A stretch of 64,000 bases of DNA from an uncultured delta proteobacterium (GCA_963737905.1 CAVTUQ010000004.1:32001-96000), one strand, 5' to 3'. Counted from the stretch's first letter, positions 9,692 through 20,755 are shown. The notes: generated by a model from the letters alone, not told the origin. Numbers and translations are program-made.

Positions 9692-10767
9692 ATGTCTCGA
9701 GTTATTCGAAGAGCCGGTTTTCTACTCAATATCGCAATCTTGATATTCTCCGCCACAAATGCGCTTGCGCGGGAGCGCGGCTATGACGGTCCGCACAAGT
9801 AGCCCTCTATCAAGGCGCCGATCGCGAAAAAATTCTCATCGAAGGCGCCAAAAAAGAAGGCCAGTTCACGCTCTACGACTCCCATACCTGGTTTCGAACC
9901 ATCGCCAAGGAGTTCGAGAAGAAATACCCGTTCGTCAAAGTTTCTGAATTTCGCACCGATGGCAGGAGCCTGATTAAGCGGGCGCTCGAGGAAATCGCGG
10001 CAGGCCAGTATATCGCGGACGTCATCGCGACGACTTCCGAACAGATGGCGATCATGAAACGGGAGGGCGTGTTTCAAGAATACACCTTGGCAGACGCGCG
10101 TTATTACCCGGATGACGTCAAAATGAAAGGGAAAAACGGTTTCTACTATATCGGGCACTACGAGACCTACAACAGCCTCGGGTTCAACACTTCGCTGATT
10201 TCTCCCGCGGAAGCGCCGAAAACCATGAGTGATCTGTTGAACCCGAAATGGAAAGGAAAAATGTCCATCGTCAGTACCACCACAGGAACTCGATGGATCG
10301 GCAGCACGCTGAATGTCATGGGGCGCGAGTTCCTTGACAAGATGGCGGATCAAGAAGTGAAGATGCAAACCATGTCCGGCGCGGCTTTGGCGGGCTTGGT
10401 CGTCTCGGGTGAGGTCCCGTTATCACCCACCATCTTTGACGCTAACATTCATACGGCAAAACAGAAAGGGGCGCCGGTGGAATGGCGCCCGCTAGACCCG
10501 GTCGTGACCACAGTCAGCTATTCCGGATTGACTCTGAGGGCACCCCATCCCCACGCCGGTCTCCTATTTCTCGATTATCTTCACTCCAAAGAAGGACAAC
10601 AGCTCATCATGAAGGGTGGTCTGTGGTCGCCGCGTGAGGATATCGCAACATTGGATCAAAAGTTCAAGAAATCTTACATCGACGAAAAATACTCACTCGA
10701 TGAAGCGGAGAAGAAGTTCGCCGAGTGGGACAAGCTGATGCAGCAGCTTTTTATCCGCAGAAAGTAG
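9692..10767 (+). CDS. ABC solute-binding protein, paralog of 4701-5789, frameshifted near 9770-9800
   Basis: GAGGAG RBS + ATG 9692 with signal peptide; second frame reads ALYQGADREKILIEGAKKEGQ and continues into the 10045 ORF. Confidence 0.75.
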
Positions 10768-10849
10768 TGACTGCAATTTAAAATCGACAGAGCGAGCTCA
10801 AGAGACATGGGCGACAGATCACTCCAGCTCGAACTTTTGAAAAATCGTC

Positions 10850-10885
10850 TTGAACGATTTGAACTTTTTGAACGGCTTGAACCGA
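10850..10885. repeat. 4 x 9-bp TTGAACnnn array
   Basis: TTGAACGAT TTGAACTTT TTGAACGGC TTGAACCGA. Confidence 0.85.
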
Positions 10886-10889
10886 TTAG

Positions 10890-11738
10890 TTATTCCCCCG
10901 CGTAGTACTTTCTTGCCCACGCCGCGATATCCCCACGCCGGGCAAACCAGACATCTTTGTGGCCCTTGGCGTATTTGATGATCTGCTCGAACGTATCGAT
11001 AGCTGGGACGCGTGAGCTCAAGTAGCCGTGCGTGATCACGTTCATCATGGTGGGATTTTCCGGTCCAATCTTGTAGCGGTAATCAAACTCATCTTTGAAC
11101 TTCTCAAAAAAGTCGTGACGCGTGCCTTCCTCCTGCATCCGGTGATCGTTGATCGTGTACTGATGCGGGATCATGATAAGCATTTTGTCGCCGATCTTGA
11201 TCGGATAGGGCATTTCATCGTCGTGGTAGTCGCAGTTATAGAGCAGACCCGCCTCAAGATTCAGCTCCAGAGTGTTATCTGTGGAGCGGACACCCGGTGA
11301 AGACCAGCCGGTGGGACGTTCGCCAGTGAGTTTCGTGATCGCTTCGACAGTCTTGAAGACATTTTCCCGCTCCTGGTCTCGCGTAAGCATGAAGAGATAT
11401 TCCCCCTGATCCCAGCCATGGGCGACCATCTCGTGGCCGCGGCCATGCGCATACTTCACGAGATCGGGCCAGTATTCGCAAGTGAGACCATTAATCGGCA
11501 TGCTCACTTTCAGATCGTACTTGTCGCAAATGTCGAGGAGCCGCCTTACGCCGATTTTCCCGCCAAAATCTCTGAACGTCTCCGTGGAATAGTCGTGCTT
11601 GCATAGTGCATTGGCCGGTAATGGTGACTGCAGGGCTCCGCCACGTGACGGTTTGTTTCTGTCCCAGCATTCGAAAGCAATGCCGAGCACGAACGCGATC
11701 CTTGCATTGTTGGGCCACTTGAAAGGTTGCTGAACCAT
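10890..11738 (-). CDS. Polysaccharide deacetylase/PuuE-like hydrolase
   Basis: WPNNARIA, FGGKIGVRRL, HEMVAHGW, GERPTGWSSPG, VWFARRGDIA. Confidence 0.85.
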   Translation of the reverse strand: MVQQPFKWPNNARIAFVLGIAFECWDRNKPSRGGALQSPLPANALCKHDYSTETFRDFGGKIGVRRLLDICDKYDLKVSMPINGLTCEYWPDLVKYAHGRGHEMVAHGWDQGEYLFMLTRDQERENVFKTVEAITKLTGERPTGWSSPGVRSTDNTLELNLEAGLLYNCDYHDDEMPYPIKIGDKMLIMIPHQYTINDHRMQEEGTRHDFFEKFKDEFDYRYKIGPENPTMMNVITHGYLSSRVPAIDTFEQIIKYAKGHKDVWFARRGDIAAWARKYYAGE

Positions 11739-11830
11739 ATCGAGTTCCTCCAGGGACTAAGGCTGTTGACTTCCAGTAACGAAGCGACTTATAGCCAAAG
11801 AGTCTGAAATGAGCAAGGAGGAAACGCTTC

Positions 11831-13474
11831 ATGAAACCGAGAGCGCTCGCATATCCAGATTTAATATTGTTCAATGGCAAAATCCGCAGCTTCGCCGCAG
11901 ATAACTCGATTCAAGAGGCAGTGGCCTGCGCCGGCGGGCGCATCGTTGCAACCGGCAAATCCGACGACGTCCGCCGCCTGGGTGGCGCTGACACTCAATC
12001 CATCGATCTTCAGGGGAGAACGACTATCCCGGGGCTGACGGACACCCACGTTCATCTGTCCGAAAAAGGCACGGCGGAGATGGAATTGATCGACTGCCGG
12101 GATTTCTACACCGATGTTCATTCCATCGCCGACATTCTAGAGCGCCTCGCCAAACGGGCGGCCGACGCCCCCAAGGGTTCATGGATCGTCGCCCATGGCA
12201 GCCCAATGCAGGACTTTCGCCTAAAAGACAAGCGGTTTCCCGACAAGCATGACCTCGATGGTGCAGTGCCCGATAACCCGGTATCGATCTCATTCGGAGC
12301 CCATATCACCGTCGGCAATAGTCCCGCGTTGGCGGCAGCGAAAATAACTCGCGACACTCCCGATCCGGCCGGAGGGCATATTAAACATGATTCGCAAACG
12401 GGCGAGCCTACGGGAGAACTGCACGAACGGGCACAACTGATATTGCGCAAAGTCGCGCCGGAATTTAATTACCTTCAACTGAAGGACGGTATCGTCTTTG
12501 CGCTGAATCAATGTCTCGAACGCGGTGTCACTACCGTCCACGACATCGTCCGCTACGCAGAACCGGTGCGTGCCTATCAGGAACTTTACAAAGAAGGCCG
12601 CATGCACGCCCGCGTGAGCCTCTTGCCGCGGGTGATCGAGTCGATGATCGAATCCAAGAGCTTGATCGAGCTCGGTCTAACGACCGGTTTTGGCAACGAC
12701 TGGCTACGCATCGGCGGCGTAAAAATGAGTATCGACGGCGGCATCACCGGCCGCAACGCGTGCTTCTACGATCCTTATGAAGACGATGAACACAATTACG
12801 GTATCATCAGAATCCAGCAGGACGAATTGAATGATACTGTCCAGAAGTGCCACGACGCGGGCCTGCGCTGCTGCGTGCACGCCATCGGTGACCGCGCTTT
12901 CGATATGGCGCTGAATGCGTATGAAAATGCCATTCAAAAATCGCCGCGCAAAGACCATCGCCACCGCATCGAGCACATGGGCAACTGGCTAAGCACTCAA
13001 GAGCGCATGCAGCGGATGGTGCGCTCCGGCATCATCGCCATCCCAAATATCGCCATCGGCTATTATGTAGGCGATGCCATTCTTGATTGCGTCGGGGAAA
13101 AGCGGTTGACGAAGGCGTTTCCTTTCAGGACGCTGTTAAGGAACGGAGTCATAATCGCCGGCGGCTCCGACTCGCCGGGTTACTGGCCCGTCGACCCTTT
13201 GCGGGATATCGCCGCATGCGTTTCGCGCAAGATGCGCTGGGGTGAAGTCTGGATACCGGAGGAGAGAATCACCACGGCCGAGGCCTTTGCTATGCACACC
13301 ACAACGGCGGCCTATGTGGGCTTCGAAGAAAACGATAAAGGAACATTGGAGCGCGGCAAATTAGCCGATATGGCCGTGCTGGCTGAAGACCCGTTTGAGA
13401 TTCCGGGCGAACGGATCAAGGACTTGTCGGTAGAAATGACAATCGTCGGCGGCGAGATTAAATACCAGGCTTAA
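11831..13474 (+). CDS. Amidohydrolase family 3 (YtcJ-like)
   Basis: PGLTDTHVH, HAIGDRA, RHRIEH, GSDSP, GKLADMAVL. Confidence 0.9.
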   Translation: MKPRALAYPDLILFNGKIRSFAADNSIQEAVACAGGRIVATGKSDDVRRLGGADTQSIDLQGRTTIPGLTDTHVHLSEKGTAEMELIDCRDFYTDVHSIADILERLAKRAADAPKGSWIVAHGSPMQDFRLKDKRFPDKHDLDGAVPDNPVSISFGAHITVGNSPALAAAKITRDTPDPAGGHIKHDSQTGEPTGELHERAQLILRKVAPEFNYLQLKDGIVFALNQCLERGVTTVHDIVRYAEPVRAYQELYKEGRMHARVSLLPRVIESMIESKSLIELGLTTGFGNDWLRIGGVKMSIDGGITGRNACFYDPYEDDEHNYGIIRIQQDELNDTVQKCHDAGLRCCVHAIGDRAFDMALNAYENAIQKSPRKDHRHRIEHMGNWLSTQERMQRMVRSGIIAIPNIAIGYYVGDAILDCVGEKRLTKAFPFRTLLRNGVIIAGGSDSPGYWPVDPLRDIAACVSRKMRWGEVWIPEERITTAEAFAMHTTTAAYVGFEENDKGTLERGKLADMAVLAEDPFEIPGERIKDLSVEMTIVGGEIKYQA

Positions 13475-13488
13475 GCGAACAACCGGAC

Positions 13489-14035
13489 TCAGTTTGTATG
13501 GTTCACGCTCACAAACGGCCGGTGCGAATTTTTGTCTTGCGCGGCAGCAATTTTTTTCCTCTGCTTGTAAATGTGAACACAGACTTCTTCAATCACCGTC
13601 GTTTGCGCCTCACCCTGTTCCTTGCGGTCCACCGGGCAGGGTTCGTATTGAATAGTGACCGATTGGATTTTGTCGGACTGGTCTTGCCACGAAACTCTAA
13701 TGAGTCGACCGCGCAGGCGGTCGACGTAGTTCCCAGCCAGACGAAGGACTTGGGACAGACTCAAGAGATTCGGCGGGCCGGGAAGCGATTTTTCGTCGCT
13801 CTTTTCCCTCGTTCTCTAATCTCTTCAAATCCTCCGGGCCGCAGTGTTTCTCCAGGTCCATCGCAGTCGAAGTGCCTTTATTCCAGGCCTGGATAATGTA
13901 GTTCTCGCCGTGGGTCTTCACTTCCACAGCCTTAAGCTCCAACGATTCCAGACTTTGCCCTATGCACCGCAAAGCATTCGCGTAAAAAGTTCGGGTTTGC
14001 GAAACCTGTTTTAAGCTTGCGCCGTTGTTCGTCAT
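13489..14035 (-). CDS. Hypothetical protein, frameshifted near 13760
   Basis: ORFs 13697-14035 and 13489-13764 overlap in different frames and have an internally repeated character (YANALRCIGQSLE / LSQVLRLAGNYVD). Confidence 0.55.
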
Positions 14036-14049
14036 AGGGAACGGTGGAG

Positions 14050-14065
14050 AGCAACGACTGTGCCA
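14050..14065 (-). promoter_or_regulatory. Sigma-54 promoter (-24/-12)
   Basis: Minus strand TGGCACAGTCGTTGCT matches TGGCAC-N5-TTGC. Confidence 0.75.
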
Positions 14066-14198
14066 AGACAGGTCACGAAAGATAAACGTATTTGTGGCGA
14101 ACCTGAGCGGTTCCCGTGCAAAAATGTGCGTCTGAGTGACAAAGTCGTCGGGGCGTAAAGCTTGTCCTTTTTGGCTTTTAAGCTAACTCACAGGAGAT

Positions 14199-14240
14199 CA
14201 GCGGCTCGCCCGGTATTCGCTCAACCGAGGCGAGCCACTG
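14199..14240. terminator. GC-rich hairpin downstream of the SBP gene
   Basis: GGCTCGCC-CGGT...ACCG-A-GGCGAGCC; no clear U-tract. Confidence 0.4.
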
Positions 14241-14275
14241 TGGTGTGATCTTAGAAGAAGCCTGAGTATTTCGAG

Positions 14276-15814
14276 TCAGGAGCGAATCTTCATTTCGTAA
14301 CTAAAAACTCTTTCGCCAGGTGTCGCCTTCCAGACAACATTCCGGGCGACGCCATAGATTTCAGCCAGCGTATAGAGAGGAACGAAAGGCGCGTCTTCCA
14401 TGAGGATACGACCCGCCTGCTGCATGAGTGCAGTGCGTTTTTTCATATCTCCGGTGGTTTGCTCCTCGTCGATTAATTTGTCGAACTCCGGATTTTTATA
14501 GTCGAGACGTTTCGTGACTCCCGAGCGAAAATACTGCTCATAGACCGTGTCCGCATCGACCGCCGGACGCCCGACATAATAAAAGGGAATCTTGCCGCCA
14601 TTCACCCCTTCGTTGCCCCAAAAAACCGCAAACTCTTGCGCTACGAGCTCCGTTCTCACGTCCGCTCTTCGCAACTGATCCACGATAACTTGGCACACTT
14701 CCCGCGCTTTGGGATAGCGATCGGGTGAAAGATAAAGCTTAACGTCGACGCCGTTTGGATAACCCGCTTTCGCCAGAAGTTCTTTCGCCTTTTTGGGGTC
14801 CAGTGGATATCTCTTAGTTTTTGGATCGGCGCCAATCACATTCGACGCCACCGGCCCATCCATGACGTAGCCATTGCCTTCATAGATATGCTTGATAATG
14901 ACCGAAGGGTCGATCGCGTAATTAAACGCTTGTCGCACGAGCTTGTTGTCGAAAGGCTTATAGGCCGGGTTTAGCACGAGAAAATACATGCGCTGCCCTT
15001 GTGCTCTCTCGATACGCGTGCGCGGATTTTTTTCGATGCGCGGTACATCTTCCACGGGAACATTGTTGATGACGTCGCCCTGACCGGCCAAAAGGCCCGC
15101 GACCCGCGCCGCGTCCTCTCCCACCTTGCGCGTCACGATTTCTTTGATGTCCGCCTTGGGCCCCCAATAATCATCGTTGCGCGTTAGAACCAGCTGACCA
15201 TCCCGCTGCCAGCTAACGAATTTGTAGGGGCCCGTTCCCGTGGGATGTTGATCGACGTCGCTGCCGTACTTATCGGCCGCCGTCTTGCTGAAAATGAAGC
15301 GGTTGGTCAGACGGTCGGGCATGACGGCGGTTGGTGTCTTGGTCGTCATGACGAGAGTGTGATCGTCCGCCGGCTTCATTTCCACGATGTCAGTTAGGGC
15401 ATACCGTTGCGGGCTTTTTTTATCGTTCAAGATTCTCTGGAACGAATAGATCACGTCCTTGGCGGTAAATAACGAGCCATCGTGAAAACGCGCGTCTTTT
15501 TTGAGATTAAAGACCCATTGCTTACCTTGAAACTCCCACGATTCCGCGAGCACGCCGACGTAGTCCATCTTGACGTAATCAACCTCAACCAGAGGCTCGG
15601 CGATGTGATTCCAGATGCCATATTCGGGGCTGGACGAGGAAGAATAGGGTTGGAGAGAGCTCAAACTGACGCTACTCAAGATCGTAAGCCGCTCCTTGGA
15701 TGCCGCCTCGCTCGACCGATACCACGAAGCGCCGCCTAAGAATGCTCCTAGACCTGCGAGCGTGCTGTTTCTCAAAAACTCTCTACGATTGACACCTTTT
15801 TTTTGTGACCTCAT
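14276..15814 (-). CDS. ABC peptide/nickel solute-binding protein (family 5), Tat signal
   Basis: NRREFL twin-arginine; LAESWE, FHDGSLFTAKDV, GTGPYKF. Confidence 0.9.
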   Translation of the reverse strand: MRSQKKGVNRREFLRNSTLAGLGAFLGGASWYRSSEAASKERLTILSSVSLSSLQPYSSSSSPEYGIWNHIAEPLVEVDYVKMDYVGVLAESWEFQGKQWVFNLKKDARFHDGSLFTAKDVIYSFQRILNDKKSPQRYALTDIVEMKPADDHTLVMTTKTPTAVMPDRLTNRFIFSKTAADKYGSDVDQHPTGTGPYKFVSWQRDGQLVLTRNDDYWGPKADIKEIVTRKVGEDAARVAGLLAGQGDVINNVPVEDVPRIEKNPRTRIERAQGQRMYFLVLNPAYKPFDNKLVRQAFNYAIDPSVIIKHIYEGNGYVMDGPVASNVIGADPKTKRYPLDPKKAKELLAKAGYPNGVDVKLYLSPDRYPKAREVCQVIVDQLRRADVRTELVAQEFAVFWGNEGVNGGKIPFYYVGRPAVDADTVYEQYFRSGVTKRLDYKNPEFDKLIDEEQTTGDMKKRTALMQQAGRILMEDAPFVPLYTLAEIYGVARNVVWKATPGERVFSYEMKIRS

Positions 15815-15878
15815 ACAAACCTCCCGTGTTCAAGGATCGAATTTGTTGGCTGTGACCAAATCAAATCACCAAAAACTC

Positions 15879-17417
15879 TTAGCGGATCTTCATATCCCAC
15901 GCAAGAACCTTCTCGTCGGGTCTCAGTTTCCAATTCACATTCTTCGCGACTCCATAGATGTCCGCCAGATTGTAAAGCGGCACGAACGGGGCCTCTTCCA
16001 TGATAATTTTCCCCGCCTGTTGCAATATAGCTGTCCGTTTCTTCATGTCCGGAGTTTTCTGCTGCTCTTCGACCAGTTTATCGAGTTCCGGGTTGCTATA
16101 GTTCGAGCGTTTGGTTGTTCCCGTTCTGAAGTACTGGTCATACAACGTATCGGCGTCGGTCAGCGAACCGCGTCCGATATAGTAGAAGGGCAGCTTGCCG
16201 CCATTCACCCCTGTGGTTTCCCAAAAGATCGCCCATTCTTGAGAAATCAGTTCTACCCGAAAACCGCCCTTTACCATCTGGGCCGCAACCACCTGACAAA
16301 CTTCCATGTCTTTCGGATAGCGGCCCGCGGAATAGTAGAGCTGCACGTCGCAACCGTTGGGATAACCTGCCTGTGCGAGAAGCTCCTTCGCTCTCTTGGG
16401 ATCGTAAGGATACCGTTTGAGTTTAGGATCAGCGCCGAGGACATTGGATCCTACCGGGCCGTTGATCGAGTAACCGATGCCGTCAAATATGTTCTTGATA
16501 ATAGCCGGCCCGTCGACGGCATAGTTGACCGCCTGCCGGACCAGCTTGTTGTCGAATGGCTTGTGGGCGACATTGAAAGCCAAAAAAAACATCCGCAGCC
16601 CTTCAATCCTTTCAATATTGACGCGCGGATGATTCTGCAGCCGGGCCACTTCATGAACAGGAACATTATTGACGAGATCCGCCTGGCCGGACTCCAGGGC
16701 CGCAAGGCGCGCGGCGTCTTCGGTTACTTTACGAAAAACAACCTCTTTGATATCCGCTTTGCCGCTCCAATAATCGTCGTTGCGAGTGAAAACAAAATTT
16801 CCACCCCTTTGATAGCTCACATATTTATAGGCGCCGGTACCAATGGGATGCTGATCCATCTGGTCACCATATTTCTCCGCCGCCGCCTTACTCAGAATGA
16901 AGCGGTTTTCCAGACGGTCCAGGAACACCGCCAGGGGTTGCTTGGTTACAAAAATCACCGTTTGATCATCGGGTGTCTGCACTTCCGTGACATCCTTGAA
17001 ATTGGACGCTTGAAGGCTGCCCCCTTTCTCATCCCTCATTCGATCAATGGAAAAGGCCACATCTTTGGAAGTAAGTGTCGCTCCGTTGTGAAACTTGATG
17101 CCCTTTTTCAGACGAAACACCCAGCGCTTCCCTTGGTATTCCCAGGACTCGGCGAGGATACCGACGTAGTCTTTGCGTTTATAATCGTATTCAACCAAGG
17201 GCTCCATGATATGCTGCCAGTCGCCGTAAATCGGGCTGGAACTGTGTCGATAGGGATGCAAGGAATCGGCAACGCTCGAATGATATATCGTAATTCGATC
17301 CCTGGAGGCAGCGAACCCGTCGCGCGCAATGTAAGGAGCCAACATCGCGCCGGCTCCCCAGGTCGCGCTTGTTTTCAGAAAATCTCTCCGGCTAATCCCG
17401 GCTTTCTTCTTCGTCAT
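15879..17417 (-). CDS. ABC peptide/nickel solute-binding protein (family 5), Tat signal
   Basis: SRRDFLK twin-arginine; FHNGATLTSKDV, GTGAYKY; paralog of adjacent gene; GGAGG RBS before ATG 17417. Confidence 0.9.
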   Translation of the reverse strand: MTKKKAGISRRDFLKTSATWGAGAMLAPYIARDGFAASRDRITIYHSSVADSLHPYRHSSSPIYGDWQHIMEPLVEYDYKRKDYVGILAESWEYQGKRWVFRLKKGIKFHNGATLTSKDVAFSIDRMRDEKGGSLQASNFKDVTEVQTPDDQTVIFVTKQPLAVFLDRLENRFILSKAAAEKYGDQMDQHPIGTGAYKYVSYQRGGNFVFTRNDDYWSGKADIKEVVFRKVTEDAARLAALESGQADLVNNVPVHEVARLQNHPRVNIERIEGLRMFFLAFNVAHKPFDNKLVRQAVNYAVDGPAIIKNIFDGIGYSINGPVGSNVLGADPKLKRYPYDPKRAKELLAQAGYPNGCDVQLYYSAGRYPKDMEVCQVVAAQMVKGGFRVELISQEWAIFWETTGVNGGKLPFYYIGRGSLTDADTLYDQYFRTGTTKRSNYSNPELDKLVEEQQKTPDMKKRTAILQQAGKIIMEEAPFVPLYNLADIYGVAKNVNWKLRPDEKVLAWDMKIR

Positions 17418-17509
17418 GCGATCCTCCCAAAATAACAAATATAGTACCGCTTCTCTCTAGCAGGTGGCTGATAACTCGGTTTGCAGGCTGCTCAAGATCT
17501 GAAGGGGTT

Positions 17510-17545
17510 TTAAACGGTTTGAACTGTTTGAACGCATTGAGCTGT
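17510..17545. repeat. 4 x 9-bp TTGAACnnn array
   Basis: TTAAACGGT TTGAACTGT TTGAACGCA TTGAGCTGT. Confidence 0.75.
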
Positions 17546-17555
17546 TTGTGTGTAA

Positions 17556-18395
17556 CTAGGCCTGCCTCCTCAATTTAGGATCCAATATGTCGCGCAGGCC
17601 GTCGCCCAGCAGATTGATACCAAAAACCGTAATGAAGATCGCCAGCCCAGGAAAGATAGTGAGCCATGGAGCGCGGTTCATATAGCTCCTTCCCTCGCTC
17701 AACATAGAGCCCCATGTCGGAATGCTGGCCGGCACGCCGAGACCAAGAAAACTCAGGCTGGCCTCGGAGATAATGACAATGGCCATAGCAAAAGTAGCGA
17801 TGACTGTGACGCTGGCAAAGGTGTTGGGCACCACGTGCTTCAGGAGAACGTAGAAGTCCTTGCCGCCCAGTGCCTTTGCTGCGGTGACAAAATCACGCTC
17901 TTTCAAGGATAGCACCTCGCCACGCACGACCCGGCAGTACTGCACCCATCGACTCATCATCAAAGCCAGAATGATATTCACCACTCCTTGCCCGAGAAAG
18001 GCCATCAAGGCGATGGCAAGCAAAAGAAACGGAAACGCTAGAAATATTTCCGTGATCTTGGTGACTATTTCATCGGTTCCGTGACCGAAGTATCCCGCGA
18101 TGGCCCCCAAGAAGCAGCCGATGAGACCGGCAAGAATGACCGTCGTCGCCCCCACCAAGAGCGAGATGCGCGAGCCATAAATGATCCGACTTAAAATATC
18201 CCGCCCCAGGTTGTCAGTGCCAAGCCAACTGGAGCGCGACTGACCCCCCATCCAACTTGGTGGTTGCAAGCGCGATTCGAGCCGCTGCTCCTGTGGATCG
18301 AAGGGCGCGAGGAACGGCGCCGCCAAGCCGCAAATGACAAGGAGAATGAGGATCCAGCCACCCAGCAAAATTTTCAAATAACGCAATCGCACCAT
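17556..18395 (-). CDS. dppC: ABC peptide transporter permease (DppC/OppC family)
   Basis: LGTDNLGRDILSRIIYGSRISL, EASLSFLGLG, LGDGLRDILDP. Confidence 0.9.
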   Translation of the reverse strand: MVRLRYLKILLGGWILILLVICGLAAPFLAPFDPQEQRLESRLQPPSWMGGQSRSSWLGTDNLGRDILSRIIYGSRISLLVGATTVILAGLIGCFLGAIAGYFGHGTDEIVTKITEIFLAFPFLLLAIALMAFLGQGVVNIILALMMSRWVQYCRVVRGEVLSLKERDFVTAAKALGGKDFYVLLKHVVPNTFASVTVIATFAMAIVIISEASLSFLGLGVPASIPTWGSMLSEGRSYMNRAPWLTIFPGLAIFITVFGINLLGDGLRDILDPKLRRQA

Positions 18396-19393
18396 TACAG
18401 CTTTATCCTGGGGTCGACGAAGGTGTAGAGCATATCGACCAAAAGGTTCACGACAAAATAAATAATCCCAAAGAACAAGATAAGCACCTGAGTGAGCCGG
18501 TAGTCTCGCACGGAGATCGATTGAATCAACAGATCACCGATGCCCGGGTAAGAGAAAACCGTTTCCGTGATCACCGAACCATTGAGAAGCGCACCCAGTT
18601 GCAGTCCAAGCACGGTAATGACCGTTATGAGCGCATTACGCAGGATGTGGCGCCAGACAACCACGCGCTCGCTCAGCCCTTTCGCCCGTGCCGTCATGAC
18701 GTAGTCCTGGCGCATGACTTCGAGCACGCTGGAGCGGGTGATGCGCGTGACGATACCCGCGAGAGCGGTGCCGAGGGTCACAGCGGGCATCAATAGATGC
18801 TTAAACGCACTCCAAAACGCGGTAAAATTTCCGGTAATCAAACTGTCCAGTAAGTAAAGCCGTGTAATCGACTTGACCTCAATGCCGTACTCAATCCGGC
18901 CCGCAACCGGCAGCAGATTCCATTGGCCGCCGAGAAAATAGATCAGCATGATACCAAGCCAAAAATTGGGAAGAGAGACACCGATGAGTGCGATCCCGGT
19001 TCCGGCATGGTCGAACAAAGTGTCGCGCTTGATCGCCGAATAGATGCCGATGGGGATGGAAATCGAAATCGCCACCAGCAAGCTCACGGTTGCAAGCTCG
19101 ATGGTCGCCGGCAGCCGTTCGGAAACGAGCTTGAGCACAGGCTCACCGAACTTTAGCGACTTACCGAAATCACCCACCAGCGCCCGGGAAATGAATTGCC
19201 AATACTGGACGAGGAGCGGTTGGTCCAGTCCCCACTCATGCCGCACGCGCGCCACGTCACCCGGTGTGGCATCGTCCCCCAAAAGAAGCACAACCGGGTC
19301 GCCGGGGGCGAGGTGCATCAGCATAAAAACAAGAAAGGAAATCCCGAGGAGAACCGGCACCGCGCCAACAATCCTGCGTCCAAGTGTGTTCAT
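18395..19393 (-). CDS. dppB: ABC peptide transporter permease (DppB/OppB family)
   Basis: APGDP, LPATIELA, DYVMTARAKGL, DPRI C-terminus. Confidence 0.9.
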   Translation of the reverse strand: MNTLGRRIVGAVPVLLGISFLVFMLMHLAPGDPVVLLLGDDATPGDVARVRHEWGLDQPLLVQYWQFISRALVGDFGKSLKFGEPVLKLVSERLPATIELATVSLLVAISISIPIGIYSAIKRDTLFDHAGTGIALIGVSLPNFWLGIMLIYFLGGQWNLLPVAGRIEYGIEVKSITRLYLLDSLITGNFTAFWSAFKHLLMPAVTLGTALAGIVTRITRSSVLEVMRQDYVMTARAKGLSERVVVWRHILRNALITVITVLGLQLGALLNGSVITETVFSYPGIGDLLIQSISVRDYRLTQVLILFFGIIYFVVNLLVDMLYTFVDPRIKL

Positions 19394-19468
19394 CTGTAAC
19401 TAGGGCAAGAACCACTAAGCCTTAACATCTCGACGGAAGAAAGGAAGTTAAGCCATCATTTCACAGGC

Positions 19469-20755
19469 TTATTGTCCCAACTGTGAAAACGAGCGATCCA
19501 GTTGCTTCAATGCCTGATCGATCTGGTCTTGGTTGACATTCAACGGCGGCGCAACACGAAGGACGTTTCCGTAAGTGCCGCCTTTGCCGACCAAGAGCCC
19601 GTTGGTTTTCGTCAACTCCATCAGCCTCTTCGCGGCTTCAGCGTCGGGTCTCTTCTTCTCACCGACGAGTTCCATACCTTGCATCAAACCCATACCGCGC
19701 ACGTCGCCGATGACAGGGTATTTTTCTTTCAAAACATCCAGCCCTTCCCGCAACCTGTTTCCCATGACACGAGCATTTTCTACCAGGTTTTCTTCCTCGA
19801 TCACTTCAATCGTGGCATGCGCCGCCGTACAGGTTACGGGATTGCCGCCGAAGGTCGAGATCGTGTTGCCTTGCATACTGTCGGCGACTTCCGGGGTTGC
19901 GATGGTCGCACCGATAGGAACCCCGTTGGCCATTCCTTTGGCGAAAGTCATGATATCGGGCTCGACACCCCAATGCTCGATGCCAAACATTTTGCCGCCC
20001 GTGCGGCCCCAAGCGGTCTGCACCTCGTCGCAGATGAAAAGGCCGCCGTATTTCCTGACGATGCCGACGATCTCTTTGAAATACTCTTTCGGGGGCGTGA
20101 TGAAACCGCCCACGCCTTGTATGGGCTCCGCCAAGAAAGCGGCGATGCGCCCCTGTGACGTCGTCGTTTGAATCGCCTCTTCGACGTCCTTAGCGCATTT
20201 CAAGTCACAACTGGGATAAGTAAGCCCGAAAGGACAACGGTAGCAATAGGCGTTGGGAATATGGTGGACGCCGGGAACGACATTGGGCGTCAGCCGCCAG
20301 CTGGATTGCGCCGAAAGGCTGAGTGCCAAATAGGAGCGACCGCTGTAGCTATGACGCAAGGTGATGACATCTTGGCACTTCGTATAGATCTGCGCCAGCA
20401 GCACCGCGGTTTCGTTGGCTTCGGTGCCGCTGTTCGTAAAAAAAGATTTTTCTAACCGTCCCGGTGTGATCTGAGCGAGTTTCTCCGCCAACCGAACCTG
20501 CGGCTCGTTGGCATATAACGTCGAGATATGTTGCAACCTGTCGGTTTGGTCGTGGATCGCTTTGGTAACCTTTTCATTGCAATGGCCCACACTGACGGTC
20601 AAGATGCCGCCAAAAAAATCCAGGAACTCATTTCCCTCGGCGTCGTAAACATAGTTGTCCTTCGCATGGTCGACCACGAGGGGCTCATCGTAGTAAGTGG
20701 AAACGCATGAGAAGAGGTATCTTCTCTGTTTTTCGATGATTTCGTTTTTATTCAT
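19469..20755 (-). CDS. Class III PLP aminotransferase (AGXT2/beta-alanine-pyruvate-like)
   Basis: NSGTEANE, EPIQGVGG, DEVQTAWGRTG, FAKGMANG, STFGGNP. Confidence 0.92.
   Translation of the reverse strand: MNKNEIIEKQRRYLFSCVSTYYDEPLVVDHAKDNYVYDAEGNEFLDFFGGILTVSVGHCNEKVTKAIHDQTDRLQHISTLYANEPQVRLAEKLAQITPGRLEKSFFTNSGTEANETAVLLAQIYTKCQDVITLRHSYSGRSYLALSLSAQSSWRLTPNVVPGVHHIPNAYCYRCPFGLTYPSCDLKCAKDVEEAIQTTTSQGRIAAFLAEPIQGVGGFITPPKEYFKEIVGIVRKYGGLFICDEVQTAWGRTGGKMFGIEHWGVEPDIMTFAKGMANGVPIGATIATPEVADSMQGNTISTFGGNPVTCTAAHATIEVIEEENLVENARVMGNRLREGLDVLKEKYPVIGDVRGMGLMQGMELVGEKKRPDAEAAKRLMELTKTNGLLVGKGGTYGNVLRVAPPLNVNQDQIDQALKQLDRSFSQLGQ

Noticed and set aside
15696-17435. 579-aa plus-strand ORF
   Set aside because: Antisense shadow of the family 5 SBP gene; no recognisable motifs
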